A stretch of 64,000 nt of DNA, from NCBI RefSeq assembly GCF_009914755.1, contig NC_060925.1. One strand, written 5' to 3'. Position numbers and translations under genes: made by a program. This DNA comes from the human T2T-CHM13v2.0 reference genome, Homo sapiens. This document shows positions 47,291 through 61,176 of this stretch, piece after piece (positions within the stretch are counted from its first letter, which is position 1; each line of letters opens with the position of its first letter). The notes under the pieces were generated by a model. It made no database searches and had not been told where the DNA came from. It saw nothing but the letters and a program-made list of their open reading frames with translations.

Positions 47291-47760
47291 CCTTCTCTAC
47301 CAGATAAGTGAGAATGCAATTGAAACACATGAAAGATGTCTTCTTCAGTGTGAGGGAACGAAGGAAGTGGTGGCAGAAGAAATGTCCCTTGAGCTGCATC
47401 TTGAAGGATGAGTAGAACTTGGTCATTATGATAAGGTGGCAGAGTGTTCCAGGCACCTGTGAAGAACCCCCAGTTTGGTAGGACCACATAATTCAAGAAG
47501 ATGGATGAAGTCAAAATCATATTTCATAGTTTTTTCAGTCTTTCTGAGATGACACAAAGTCCAGGCCAATCTAGTCCAGTATGTAATCAAACTTCAAACT
47601 CAGCCACTGCGAATCTTCTCCCCTGCCCTAGACCTTTATGATGACAAGAGAAGGGTGCATGACTGTGTCTTTCCTCTTTCCTTGCTCTACTTCCTCCCCC
47701 TCTAGTTGGTTGCTGCTCTGGGCCCTGCCTGTATCATAAGAAGGAAGGAAGAATAAGTAA

Positions 47761-48353
<593 letters not shown>

Positions 48354-50261
48354 TGAAACCTTTATCTAGTCCATAAGAACTACACCCCTTGGCTTTCCAT
48401 AGCTAGAAGTGCAGCTATCAGTATATCAGTATAGGTCTTTCTGTATTTCATTCTGCCACATCTAGCAGCCTTTAGATTTCTCCCTTGAGAGTTGCTGGGT
48501 CCTGCAAATTCCAGGGAACCCATATTAAGTTGTCTGAATGATTCTCTGGGCTCTCTTTTCACATGGTCCAATGTAAGGGTAAAGTACCACAGGTAGGAAA
48601 GGCAAAAATCAGCATACCTACAACTGTCTCCAAAACAGTCCTTCCAGATGACCTCTTCAACTTGCTCTTCTAAAGGTTAGAGGTGGGTTATGACCTGGTG
48701 CCAGGAGAACCTCTCCACAAGTCTGGCACAGATGTTCTAGCATCTCTAGGATGTGAGAGTGTTCTTAGCCTTTAGTCCTCTAATGAAATTCCAACAAATC
48801 AGGAAAAGTCTTTTTTGATAACCCATTAACATATTCAATGAAGTTTTTTTAAAAATAGGTGGTATTTGAAATTTTTCGATATTGCTTTTATGGCATAGTT
48901 TTTAAATCATTGGCTCATCAAAATAGTGGATTATCATTCAACTGATTCAACTGTGGGACCACTGTTAAACGGATGCTACTTTCAAAATTAAATTGAGAAT
49001 GAGGATAATTCACACACTAACCCACCATTATAGAGAATGCTTGCTATTCCCTAGCCAGCAATGTGCACTCTCTGGGTTAACCACCCCACTTCCTGATGCT
49101 TGGTTCTCCGCTCACCCCTCCTCCAGTCTCAGGAATGGTCATTCATCTAACAAACATTTACTGAGCACCTACGCTATGCTGACTACTGTCCTAGGTGCTG
49201 AGGATACATTTGTGTATAAAACAGACAGTTAGGGCCAGATAATAAACAAAATAAATAAGTAAAATGCATAACATATATTAGCATGTGATAAGTGCTCTAG
49301 TAAGCCATTTCCCACATGTCGTTCCAGATGTGGGAGAGATTTATAATGTAAGACACCATAGTCCTGAGAGCTGGCATTCTAGCGAAGAAGAGTATGTAAA
49401 CACAATTATAATACAATGCTGCTTAAGTGAGTCAGACAGCAGGGGTGTGTACTGAATGCTAAGTGACTAACCCTGCTTGAGGGCATCAGGAAAGGTTTCA
49501 TAGGCTTTCTGTTTGAAGAACACAGTATTGTATTATAGAGAAGTAGTGATAACTATCTTCAACTGTAAGCTCCTGGCAGCTTTTCCCAGAGCCCCAGGCA
49601 GTTACCACCCTCCCAGTGCTTGCTTCAGCTTGTGCCTTCATTCCTTTCTCAGGTTCGACACTGAGGCCAGAAGCAGTGCTAGGTGGAGAGTTCCTTCTTC
49701 CAAAGACGTAGCACTCTGATAAAACAAACAAAAAAACAAAAAACAAAAACACCTTGGAGGAAGCAAAAGGAAATATGACCTTATGTCTATGGTCAGTCCA
49801 CGAGACCCATAAAAAAGGAGGTGGTCAGCTGACCTGTCTCTTCATGCTCCACTCCATCTGCCCTCCAGCCAAAGGCTCACTCTCTGTGAAGCTGGATCCA
49901 GCTGGGCCACTATACTCACCCATGTTTCTTTTTAGAGGGGAAGCTCCTGGCAAACACTGCCTTGTATACATCTTTGCATGAGCCCGCAAAGCTGGCACAA
50001 GGCTTCCCCCACAGCAGAGTCTCAGTAAATAAAAATGAAAGGCAATGAAATGAATTGTTCCAAAGGCAAATGTTCTGCCCCTGGAACACACTGTTGCTTA
50101 TTGGGATGATTTTGGATTCAGACAGACTAGGATTCTAATCCTGATTTTCTCCTTGTCGCCAAATTACTTTACCTCTCTGAGTCTCTTCCCTATATTTGTA
50201 GATAAGATAAATTTGTTGTGATGATTAAACAAGGTATTAAGATAATGCTTAGCGAGGCCGA

Positions 50262-50607
<346 letters not shown>

Positions 50608-51538
50608 TCAGTACAGGGGTACTATCACTATTATCAAGGTTAGAAACTACCAGGAGGGTGTTTGAACTCATTAATAAATAATAAAAAGCTATTTAATCAT
50701 TACAATTCACCAACAATCTAAATGTTTCCTTTGAGAGGTAGTGAGCCATCCATCACTGGAGGGATTCAAGTAGTAAGACTGGATAACAGTTTCTACATCA
50801 GAAATTTCTGTACTTTGGTGACAGGTGGGAGTAGCTACGCTTCTTATGCCTTTCAAGGTAAAGTCGGCTGAGGTTGATTCTGGAGGAGAGATTAACAATT
50901 GAGAACGTGGCCTTTGGAGGCAGCCAGGCTGGCTTCAAATCCCAGCTCTGCCACTTTCCTAGCTCTGTAACTCAAGGAAAGTTACTTATATGTGCCTTAG
51001 TTTCCTTTTTTGTAAAATAGTTATACTAATGGAACCCCAGCATGCAGAATTATCACAAGGATTTAAAAAGTCATTATTTTGTGAACAATGACTCCTCATC
51101 TTCTGGTCTCAGGCAGACAGTGCCTCTCAACATCTACATAGTGACCTACTCTAGGAATCAATGGATTGTGACTTGCTTAAGGTCTCAGCTAGTCCCCCTC
51201 CCCATAAAATCCACACTTTGATTAAATTGAATCATTAAAGAAAATGTTAACACAATAGAATCAGTACTTTGGGGGCAAATAAGCAGAATCCACGTGAAAG
51301 TTTTGAACCCTGGGAAATGCATGAAGATGAGGGCTGTCCAATGTCTTCCAGTCTCCTGGCAGCCAGAACATGTTAATGTAGTGCTTCCCAGAATAACCAC
51401 TCCCACCCCCACCCCTCCTTAGCTCTCAGAGCAAAGGTAGCTTGTTCATCTCATGGGATTTTGCCAAATGTGTTTGCAGAGCAGTCTCCCAATTAAAAAG
51501 CCCCAGGAGAAAAACTCCTTTACATAATGCCAGCATTT

Positions 51539-51539
<1 letters not shown>

Positions 51540-51580
<41 letters not shown>
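51540..51580 (+). repeat. (CA)20 microsatellite
   Basis: Perfect dinucleotide run. Confidence 0.98.
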
Positions 51581-51582
<2 letters not shown>

Positions 51583-51971
51583 TATCTTGAGAAAATCATG
51601 CTGAGTGAATCACATCATTGGGAGTTGTGACTAAGACACTGCTGAGACCATTCATATCACCCCGTGCATTCAAGGAAAACGTAGCCAGCTTAGACAGAAT
51701 GGTTCACATCTCGAAGCATGTCCTGAGCATCCTTGGCCTCCTTTTTCATCCCTCCTTTTCCCTGATCCCAAGAATCCCTGGCTACATCTTAGAGCCCTTC
51801 TATCATCTTGCTCTCTACATCCCTTTCTTCCAGAACAGAAAAACATTAGACATACATTATCAATTAGCTGAAGACACTTTGCCTGGCACTCCAGCACACT
51901 AACGTGTTCTCTCAACCAGAAGCTGAGCCCCAGGAACAGGGGCTTAAGGTCTCTGTGGGCCCTGCATCTAA

Positions 51972-52346
<375 letters not shown>

Positions 52347-52652
52347 TAGGAGTTTTGTGACAGGCTGTCATCCTAAACTGCTAGGGAAGAAGAAGGAGAT
52401 GACCCTGTAGATAGAGCTCATTTGAGAATGAAGCCAGCACTAAGGGAAAAAGATCTGCGACACATAACAACACTAAGTTACAATGACATTGCTTGCACTC
52501 CCAGATCCAACTACATCTGAAGCTTATTAACCTTGAAATTTTCATTACATGAGCCAATAGATTTCCATTTGCATGCATGGAAAAAATTCGACTTTTGAAT
52601 GGAGGTTTTTCCTCTTTGCCAAAAAAATATTAATTTTAGGAAAACTATGGAA

Positions 52653-52946
52653 TTTTTTTTTTTTTTTGAGACAGAGTCTCACTTTGTCACCCAGGTTAGA
52701 GTATGGTGGTGCAATCTCGGCTCACTGCAACCTCCACTTCCCAAGCTTAAGTGATCCTTCCACCTCAGCCTCCTGAGTAGCTAGGACCACAGGTGTGCAC
52801 CACCACACCCAGCTTTTTGTATTTTTGTTAGAGACAGGGTTTCACCATGTTGCACAGGCTGATCTCAAACTCCTGAGCTCAAGCAATCCACCTGCCTCAG
52901 CCTTCCAAAGCGCTGGGATTACAGATGTTAGCCACCACGCCTGGCC
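52653..52946 (-). mobile_element. AluJ (Jb-like)
   Basis: Antisense dimer; TSD ATGGAA. Confidence 0.93.
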
Positions 52947-53719
52947 ATGGAAGTTATTTTTTAAATGCAGATACATACTGGGAGGGTAGCCTGCCGTATG
53001 ATCTGACACTGCCTGAGAGAAGAGGCCTATCTTAAGGAAATATTCCCTGAGAAAGACCCAGCGCCTGGGTAGGAACTGGGCAGATGAAATACAAAGCCCA
53101 GTGGAGAGAGTTAAGGCCCTAATAAGGGTCATTAGAAAACAAAGAAGAAATATCTAGGATCATCGGCAGATTCTTTTCATAGAATAATCACTTCCCCTTT
53201 ATAGCAAAGTATTTAGAAAACACAGGCACCTAGCAGCAGTGCAAAGATTATTATTATCATTACTTTTATTAATATTCTTTATGGGTAGTGGCAGGGGCGA
53301 AGCAACCCAAGACATCCAGGCATTAGTCAGAGCTCACTGGGTTCAAGTGAGCAGAACCCAACTCAAGCTAGCTTAAGGAGGAAAGGAGACTTTGTTAAAG
53401 GCTCAGGAAGCGGCTTAGCTGGCCCTCAAAGCAACTGAAACCATGGACTAAAACCCCATAGAATTATTTCCTCCACTCATCTCCATTTCCCTTGGTGTGT
53501 CTGCTTCATTTCCTCCTCTACTAGTCTGGACTTATTCAAACAGTGGGAAGAAGTCGGGAAGTGACATTTGTTCAACCTCTTTATTCCCAAGTTCCAAAAT
53601 TCCAGGGCAGGCGTGTGATAGGCCCACCATGAGTCAGGCACGGAAGGCTGAGGAAGGAGCCAAGCTTGGCAACCTATGGTGGACACTGTCAGTGCCTGGC
53701 CCAGGTCTTTCTAACCATT

Positions 53720-54088
53720 CACTTCCAGCTTGCTAGCATCTGCATCCCTGTTTCCAAGGGCTTTACTTTCAGAACCATGAAAGGCTGCTCTGGGGATGCT
53801 AAGCCCTTGGAAATGGCCCTCAACCAAAGACCACCTGGAATTGGTGTATAAATACTCCAACTCCCTGGCTCCTTGGAGAGAATAATTCCAAGGCCTGTGG
53901 TTTGTTCCATTTCCCAGAGCTTCCCCATAGAGTGGAACTCTAATTGCCCCCTGGGGTAGCTGACTTCACCAGACACACAGTATTGCCTGCCCTGCCTTCC
54001 CTTGGAGATTCTCTTAAGAGGTCCCTTGCACCTCCCAATTAAACTACTGGCTCAAGCGCTGCTTTTGATGAAACTCAAACTAACACAC
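53720..54088 (+). mobile_element. LTR16-like ERVL LTR
   Basis: TCCAACTCCCTGGCTCCTTGG, GTGGAACTCTAATTGCCC, CACCTCCCAATTAAACTACT; ends CTCAAACTAACACA. Confidence 0.7.
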
Positions 54089-54862
54089 AAGCCAAGGCAG
54101 AACCCAAATCAAGTACCCAAAGGCCAAATACAAAGCCAGAAGAATCAGGAAGGTGGGTTCAGTACATCAAGGAGAAGCTGGTCCTGGGCTAAATAACTGC
54201 AATGGGGGCTGCTCTGCAGCCCTGGGGGGCATTACCAGAGCCAGTGCATTTTGTTCCACTGAATTCTGGACCTGGGAGTCCCCACAGTCCAGTGTGTATG
54301 GAGTGTGCGTATGTCTGGTTTGTAGGGGGTGTGTGTATGGGTGTGGGTATGAGCATATTCAGCAGGGTGGTGGGGGTGCAGGAGTGGTCCTCTTCACTTC
54401 ACCTCTGCACACGAAGCAGCAGTGACTACTATGAGATGCAGTCATTTCATCAGGAAGGGAGAAAATGAGGCCCTGGAGATGGGACAGGAACTTTGAAGGC
54501 TGTGGTGCTCCATCTACTTGTCAGGAAAACCTTTAATAAATAAAAAAGGAGAGGGGGTGGTGTGGGGTGACAGCGACAGGGAGAGAAAGATGAAATGTGA
54601 AGGCTTCTGTCCCTGGCTCTGAAGCAAAGCATTTTTGGTTCCGAGATGAAAGGCAGTGAAAATGGTTGGTGGCCAGGCCTCCCTCTGCTCTGCAGCAGCC
54701 CCCAGGCCATGGGCAAGTGCAGCTCACACCTTCCTGCACACAGGGAGAAGCAGGTGACCTATTTTCCCAGAGAAGCTCTTGTCTGGGGCTGCTGATGTAG
54801 AAAACTCCCTACAGGGAGGGGGCCTGTAGGAAACATAGGACATGCCACTGGCCGTGCTGGTC

Positions 54863-55575
54863 GTGTGTGTGTGTGTGTGTGTATGTGTGTGTATATGTGT
54901 GTATGCATACATATGTGCTGTGTGCATGTGTGGTGTGTGTGATGTGTGTGTTGGGGGGTATGTGTGTGGTATGTGGGTGGTGTATATATGTGTGTGGTAT
55001 GTGTGCATGTGTGGTGTGTGTATGAGTGCGTCTTGTGTGTGTATGGTATGTGTGGTGTGTGCAAGTGTGCTGTATCTGTGGTGTGTATGTATATGGTGTG
55101 GTGTGTGGTATGTATATGTGTGTGTGTTTGTGGTATGTGTGTGATGTGTGTGTGGGTGGTGTATGCGATGTGGTATGTGTGGTGTATGTGGTGTGTATGT
55201 GCGGTGTGTGTATGTATGATGTGATGTGTGATGTGGTATGGTGTGTGTGGTGTGGTATATGTGTGAGGTAGTGTATGTAGTGTGTATGTATGGTGTGTGC
55301 ATGTGTGGTGTGTATGTGTACATGTGTGGTGTGTGGTATGGTGTTTGTGGTGTGGTGTATGTGGTGTGTATGTGTGCTGCCTCTGTATGTGTGGTGTGTG
55401 GTGTGTGTAGTGTGTGTGTGTGGTGTGGTGTGTGTAGAGTAAATGTGGGGTGTGTGTGTGGTATGGTGTATGTGGTGTGTATGTGTGGTGTGTGTGTGTA
55501 CGTGTGGTGTGTGTGCTATGTGTGTGGTGTGTACATGGTGTGATATGTGTGGTGTATATGTTGTGTGTGTGTGTG
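54863..55575 (+). repeat. Degenerate (GT)n / (GTG,GTAT)n low-complexity tract, ~710 bp
   Basis: Almost only G/T with scattered A; produces the spurious His/Thr-rich and Val/Cys-rich ORFs. Confidence 0.97.
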
Positions 55576-55800
55576 CGCCCTGGGGCAGAGATGGTGCCTG
55601 GCGCTCTCAGTGTCCTAGCACATACAAAAACAGTTCCTATTCGCCTTGTGCCAGACCTGATCTTCAAATCAGGAACACAGCACATCTGCACTTTGATTTG
55701 ACTTCGCTGGCTGTGGGGCTTTGAAGATGAGCATTTTTCTTCATTCGAGTTCACTTTTTCTTGTTGGTAAAATGTGGGTTATGATACCTGGCCTGCCTAC

Positions 55801-56255
55801 TTTCATGCGCGTCCGTGTGAAGAGACCACCAAACAGGCTTTCTGTGAGCAACATGGCTGTTTATTTCACCCGGGTGCAGGTGGGCTGAGTCCAAAAAGAG
55901 AGTCAGCGAAGGGAGATAAGGGTGGGGCCGTTTTATAGGATTTGGGTAGGTAAAGGAAAATTACAGTCAAAGGGGGTTTGTTCTCTGGCGGGCAGGGGCG
56001 GGGGTCGCAAGGTGCTCAGTGGGGGTGCTTTTTGAGCCAGGATGAGCCAGGAAAAGGACTTTCACAAAGTAATGTCATCACTTAAGGCAAGGACCGGCCA
56101 TTTATACACTTCTTTTGTGGTGGAATGTCATCAGTTAAGGTGCGGCAGGGCATATTCACTTCTTTTGTGATTCTTCAGTTACTTCAGGCCATCTGGGCAT
56201 ATACGTGCAAGTCACAGGGGATGCGATGGCTTGGCTTGGCCTCAGAGGCCTGACA
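55801..56255 (-). mobile_element. 3' LTR (LTR7), 455 bp
   Basis: Preceded on the minus strand by the polypurine tract AAGAAGGCAGGAA (56256-56268); AATAAA at 55860-55865. Confidence 0.97.
55860..55865 (-). terminator. Poly(A) signal of the 3' LTR
   Basis: Minus strand GGTGAAATAAACAGCC in the R region. Confidence 0.8.
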
Positions 56256-56289
56256 TTCCTGCCTTCTTATATTAATAAGGAAAATAAAA

Positions 56290-56900
56290 CAAAATAGTGT
56301 TGAAGTGTTGGCACGGCGAAAATTTTTGGGGGGTGGTATGGAGAGAGAATGGGCGATGTTTCTCAGGGCTGCTTCAAGCGGGATTAGGGGCGGCGTGGGA
56401 ACCTAGAGTGGGAGAGATTAAGCTGAAGGGAGGTCTTGTGGTAAGGGGTGATATTGTGGGGTTGTTAGAAGAAACATTTGTCGTATAGAATGATTGGTGA
56501 TGGCCTGGATACAGTTTTGGATGAATTGAGAAACTAAATGGAATAACAGAAGGAAAAAAACAGGTATAAAAGGTCTAAGAATTGGGAGGACCCAGGACAC
56601 CTGATTAGAGAGTGCCTAAGGAGATTCAGCATAGTCCTGCCAGCAAAGATTATTTATTTACTTCAAGAGTTAAGAGTGGCAGTTTGGGGATAGCACCAGG
56701 AGATATCAGCTGTGATGGCTTGGAAGAACAGTGTAAACCGGCAGTGTAAACAAGAGCAGGGCATGTATGAGTAGTTGAGAACGGTGAATAGGAGTATGAC
56801 TAGACAGAAGATAGTAGGGATGACAAGTTTTTTGGGGGGCACAGTCTAAGTTGGTCTGGTGTCTGGAATGAGACTGGGGCCTAATAAAAAGGAGCGTCTA
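56290..56900 (-). pseudogene. env: HERV-H env remnant (mostly deleted; TM tail kept)
   Basis: ORF 56418-56600 WVLPILRPFIPVFFLLLF...IQAITNHSIRQMFLLTTPQYHPLPQDLPSA matches the HERV-H TM anchor and cytoplasmic tail. Confidence 0.8.
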
Positions 56901-58700
56901 TACAGGAGCTTAAATGGGCTGTACCCTGTAGCATTCCGAGGACAGGCCTGAATTCTGAGAAGGGAAAGTGGTAAAAGTATTGTCCAGTCCTTTTTAAGTT
57001 GGTGGTTGAGCTTGGTGAGGTGTGTTTTTAAAAGACCTTTAGTCCATTCTACTTTTCTTGAAGACAGAGGACCGTAAGGGATATAAAGGTTTCCCTGAAT
57101 ACTAAGAGCCTGAAAAACTGCTTGGCTGATTTGACTAATAAAGGCTCGTCTGTTATCAGACTGTATTGAGGTGGGAAGGCTAAACTGAGGAATTATGTCT
57201 GACAGAAGGGAATAAATGACTGCGGTGGCCTTCTCAGACCCTGTAGGAAATGCCTCTACCTATCCAGTGAAAGTATCTACCTAGACTAAGAGGTATTTTA
57301 GTTATCTGACTCAGGGCATGTTGAGTAAAGTTAATTTGCCAGTCCTGGGCGGGGCAAATCCTCGAGCTTGATGTGTAGGGAAGGGAGGGGACCTGAATAA
57401 TCCCTGAGGAGTAGTAGAAAAGCAGATGGAACACTGAGAAGTTATTTCCTTGAGGATAGATTTCCATGATGGAAAGGAAATGAGAGGTTCTAAGAGGCGG
57501 GCTAGTGGCTTGTACTATAGCATAACCTGCCTTTGCTGGTGTGTGGTGATTAGGCCTGGTGGAACTGCCATCAATAAATCAAGTGTGATCAGGGTGAGGA
57601 ACAGGAAAGAAGGAAATTTGGGGAAACGGGGTGAATGTCAGGTGGATCAGAGAGATACAGTCATGGGGGTCAGGTGTGGTATCAGGAATAATGTGGGAGG
57701 CTGGATTGAAGTCTGGGCCAGGAACAATGGTAATTGTGGGAGACTCAACAAAGAGTGAGTATAGCTGAAGGAGCCAGGAAGCAGAAAGTATATGCGTCAG
57801 GTATGAGGAAGAAAATAGATTTTGGAAGTTATGAGACTGTAGAGAGTGAGTTGAGCATAGTTTGTGATTTTGAGGGCCTCTAAAAGTATTAATGCAGTGG
57901 CAACCGCTGCACGCAGACATGAGGGCTAGGCTAAAACAGTAAGGTCAAGTTGTTTGGACAGAAAGGCTACAGGGTGTGGTGCTGGCTCTTGTGTAAGAAT
58001 TCTGACCGCACTATCCATGCCTAGGAAGGAAAGGAGTTGTTGTTTTGTAGAAGGTGCTGGGGTTTGAGAGATTGGTCGGACGCGATTGACAGGGAGAGCA
58101 CATGTGTTTTTATGAGAATTATGCCGAGATAGGTAACAGATGAGGAAGAAATTTGGGCTTGATTGAAGTAATGGGGGCTGTCTGTGAAGCTTTGCGGCAG
58201 TACAGCCTAGGTAATTTGCTGAGCTCAATGGGTGTCAGGGTCAGTCCAAGTGAAAGCGAAGAGAGGCTGGGATTAAGGGTGCAAAGGAATAGTAAAGAAA
58301 GCATGTTTGAGATCTAGAACAGAATAATGGGTTGTAGAGGCAGGTATTGAGGATAGGAGAGTATATGGTTTTGGCACCACGGGGTGGATAGGCAAAACAA
58401 TTTGGTTGATAAGGCGCAGATCCTGAACTAACTTGTAAGGCTTGTCTGGTTTTAGGACAGGTAAAATGGGGGAATTGTCAGGAGATTTTATAGGCCTTAA
58501 AAGGCCATGCTGTAGCAGGTGAGTGATAACAGGATTTAATCTTTTTAAAGCATGCTGCGGGATGGGATATTGGCGTTGAGTGGGGTAAGGGTGATTAGGT
58601 TTTAATGAGATGGTAAGGGGTGCATGATTGGCCACCAAGGAGGGAGTAGAGGTATCTTATACTTGTGGGTTAAGGTGGAGGGATACAAGAGGACGACGCA
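56900..58700 (-). pseudogene. pol: HERV-H pol remnant (RT, RNase H, integrase fragments)
   Basis: QRQYPI...NSPILPVLKPDKPYKLVQDLRLIN...VLDLKHAFF, LPQSFTDSP, VAFLSKQLD, AQDWQINFT; stops, frameshifts and no YxDD motif. Confidence 0.93.
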
Positions 58701-58759
58701 AAGGAGGCTTTGGATTGGGAAGAAGGGTGGCAATCAGATATAGCTGTAGTCCAGGAATA

Positions 58760-59030
58760 GTCAGGGAAGCAGATAATTTAGTTAAAGTGTCTCAGCCTAA
58801 TAAGGGAACTGGGCAGGTGGGGATAACTAAAAAGGAGTGTTTAAAAGAGTATTGTCTAAGTTGGCACGAGGGTTGGGGAGTTTTAAGAGGTTTAGAAGCC
58901 TGGCCGTCAATACCCACAACAGTTATGGAGGCAAGGGAAACAGGCCCTTGAAAAGAAGGTAATGTGGAGTGGGTAGCCTCCATATTGATTAAGAAGGGGA
59001 TGGGCTTACCTTCCACTGTGAGAGTTACCA
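58760..59030 (-). pseudogene. pro: HERV-H protease remnant
   Basis: EGKPIPFLINMEATHSTLP: aspartic protease active-site region with DTG changed to NME. Confidence 0.88.
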
Positions 59031-59099
59031 GAAGCTCGGCCTCCGTGATGGTCCAGGGGGCTTCCGAGGCGATCGGGCAGTGTCAGTCTTCAGCTGCTA

Positions 59100-60300
59100 A
59101 GCCGAGAAGATCTGGGAAGGAGTCAGTCAGAGAGCCTTGGGCCAGAGTTCCAGGGGCTCTGGGAGTGGCTGCCAGGTGAGTTGAACAGTCCGATTTTCAG
59201 TGGGGTCCCACACAGATGGGATGCGGCTTAGGAGGAATCCCGGGCTGCGGGCATTCCTTGGCCCAGTGGCCAGATTTCCGGCACGTGTAGCAAGCTCCTG
59301 TGGGAGGAGGTTCTGGAGGAACGCCTGGCCGCTGCAGTTCAGGCATTTGGAAGTTCTTGTGTGCTGGAGATGTGGCTGGGGTTTGTCTCACAGTGGAGGC
59401 AAGGAATTGCAACTTTTTTCTATTATTGCACACCTTGAAGGCGAGGTTAATTAAATCCTGTTGTGAGGTTTGAGGGCCGGAATTTAATTTTTGGAGTTTT
59501 ATTTAATGTCGGGAGCAGATTGGGTAATAAAATGTATTTTGAGAATAAGACGGCCTTTTGACTTTTTAGGGTCTAGGGCTGTAAAGTGTCTCAGGGTTGC
59601 TGCCAAACAAGTCATGAACTGGGCTGGATTTTTATACTTGATGAAAAAGAGCCTAAATGCTATCTGATTTGGGTTAAAGAAAAAGGAGCATTAACCTTGA
59701 CTATGCCTTTAGCTCCAGCCACCTTTTTAAGAGTAAATTGCTGGGCAGGAGCGGGAGGGCTAGTCACGGAACGAAACTGTAAGCCGGACCAGGTGTGAGG
59801 AGGGGAGGTGATAAAAAGATTATAGGGTGGAGGAGCAGAGGCTGAGGAAGAATTGGGACCTAGCTTGGCCTGGCGAGGAGCAGCCTGGGGATGAAGGGAG
59901 AGGTCAGATGGGTCTGTAGAAAAGGAAGATTAGAAAGACTCAGCGACGCTTGGGATTGGTGCTGAGGGGACAGGCGGGAGGGAAAGAAGGAAGATTTGGG
60001 ACGAGTTGCACTGGGCACAGAGACTAGGAAGGGACTGATGTGTAAAAGAATGCCTGGACATCTGGCACCTCAGACCGTTTGCCTATTTTACGACAAGAAT
60101 TATTTAGATCTTGCAGGATGGAAAAATTCAAAGTGCCATTTTCTGGCTATTTGGAACTACTGTCGAGTTTGTATTGGGGTCAAGCGGCATTGCAGAAGAA
60201 AATAAGGCATTTAGGTTTTAGGTCAGCTGTGAGTTGAAGAGGTTTTAAGTTTTTGAGAACAGAGGCCAAGGGAGTAGAAGGAGGAATGGAGGGTGGAAGG
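59100..60300 (-). pseudogene. gag: HERV-H gag remnant
   Basis: Zinc knuckle CYTCRKSGHWAKEC (CX2CX4HX4C); second knuckle broken (HPICVGPH*KSDC); matrix-like start ...PLASVLKNLKPLQLTADLKPKCLIFFCN. Confidence 0.88.
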
Positions 60301-60402
60301 TTGCCCACAGTGAAGGAAGCAAGCCTAGAGAAAAGAGAGAGTAGAGAAATGGAGGGAAGGGGTTTGGGGGTTCTTACCTTCCAGAAAAGTGGGAAAAGGG
60401 GT

Positions 60403-60750
60403 TGGGACACAGAGATAAGAGGTCAGGGCATGGAAATAAGGGATGGGGTGCAGAGATATAAGAGGTTGGGGCACGGAAATAAGGGATTGGGGCACAGAGA
60501 TACGAGGTTGGGGTACTTGCCCCTCCTCTAGAAAAGCAGGACTTGCCGCTAAGAGTGAAAGAGAAGGGGTTGAGGGGTACTTGCCTCTCCCCCAGAAAAG
60601 CAGGACTTGCCACTAAGGGTGAAGGAGAAGGGGTTGAGGGGTACTTGTCCCTCCCCCAGAAAAGCAGAGAAGGGGTAGAGACAAGGAGAGAAGGGGTTGG
60701 GGTACTTGCCCCTTCCCCAGAAAAGCGGGACTTGCCGCTAAGGGTGAAGG
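60403..60750 (-). repeat. HERV-H 5' leader tandem repeats (five ~21-bp units, four 61-64-bp units)
   Basis: GGGTACTTG recurs at 60511, 60575, 60639 and 60700; GGGCACAGAGATA- and GGGCACGGAAATA-type units alternate at 60403-60510. Confidence 0.85.
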
Positions 60751-61024
60751 ACTAAGGCAGGCGTCCCTGCATGGTCTGACAACTTTGAAACGTGAGCGAA
60801 TAATCAGAGAGGCATCCCTGAAATGATTAAACACCAAGGGAAGGCTGTCTTCCCAGTCCATGACCGGCGCCGGAGTTTTGGGTCCACAGATAAAACATGT
60901 CTCCTTTGTCTCTCCCAGAAAATGAAAGGAATTGAAGTTAAGAGAAGGGAGAGATTGAAGAGTGGAAAGGAGAAAGTGGTTGAGGGACAGTGAGAGAGGT
61001 TGGAGAAGAGAGTAAGAAGAGGCT

Positions 61025-61033
61025 GCTTACCTG
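61025..61033 (-). promoter_or_regulatory. HERV-H major splice donor CAG|GTAAGC
   Basis: Minus strand TTTAAATCAG|GTAAGCAGCC, about 125 nt downstream of the PBS, at the known HERV-H donor position. Confidence 0.8.
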
Positions 61034-61156
61034 ATTTAAAATTGGTGAGATGTTCCTTGGGCTGGTCGGTCTGAGGACCTGAGGTCGTAGGTGGATCTTT
61101 CTCATGGAGCAAAGAACAGGAGGACGGGGGATTGATCTCCCAAGGGAGGTCCCCCG

Positions 61157-61174
61157 ATCCGAGTCACGGCACCA
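61157..61174 (-). other. Primer-binding site for tRNA-His
   Basis: TGGTGCCGTGACTCGGAT, complementary to the 3' 18 nt of tRNA-His(GUG), 2 nt after the 5' LTR. Confidence 0.95.
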
Positions 61175-61176
61175 AA

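Noticed and set aside
55581-55612. CTCF-like stretch GGCAGAGATGGTGCC between the GT tract and the provirus
   Set aside because: Poor match to the CTCF core by eye; needs a PWM scan and ChIP data.
54724-55754. Longest ORFs in the window (331 aa and 199 aa His/Thr-rich; Val/Cys-rich on the plus strand)
   Set aside because: They are translations of the GT/CA simple repeat, which lacks stop codons by composition.
58273-59433. Gag, protease and RT ORFs as functional CDS
   Set aside because: Short fragments with stops, protease DTG lost and RT YxDD deleted; reported as pseudogene remnants.
60403-60750. Regularly spaced repeats resembling a CRISPR array
   Set aside because: The intervening sequences are themselves repeated, the context is a eukaryotic provirus leader and there are no cas genes.
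61157-61174. Match to tRNA-His
   Set aside because: Only the 3' 18 nt including CCA, directly after an LTR: a retroviral PBS, not a tRNA gene.
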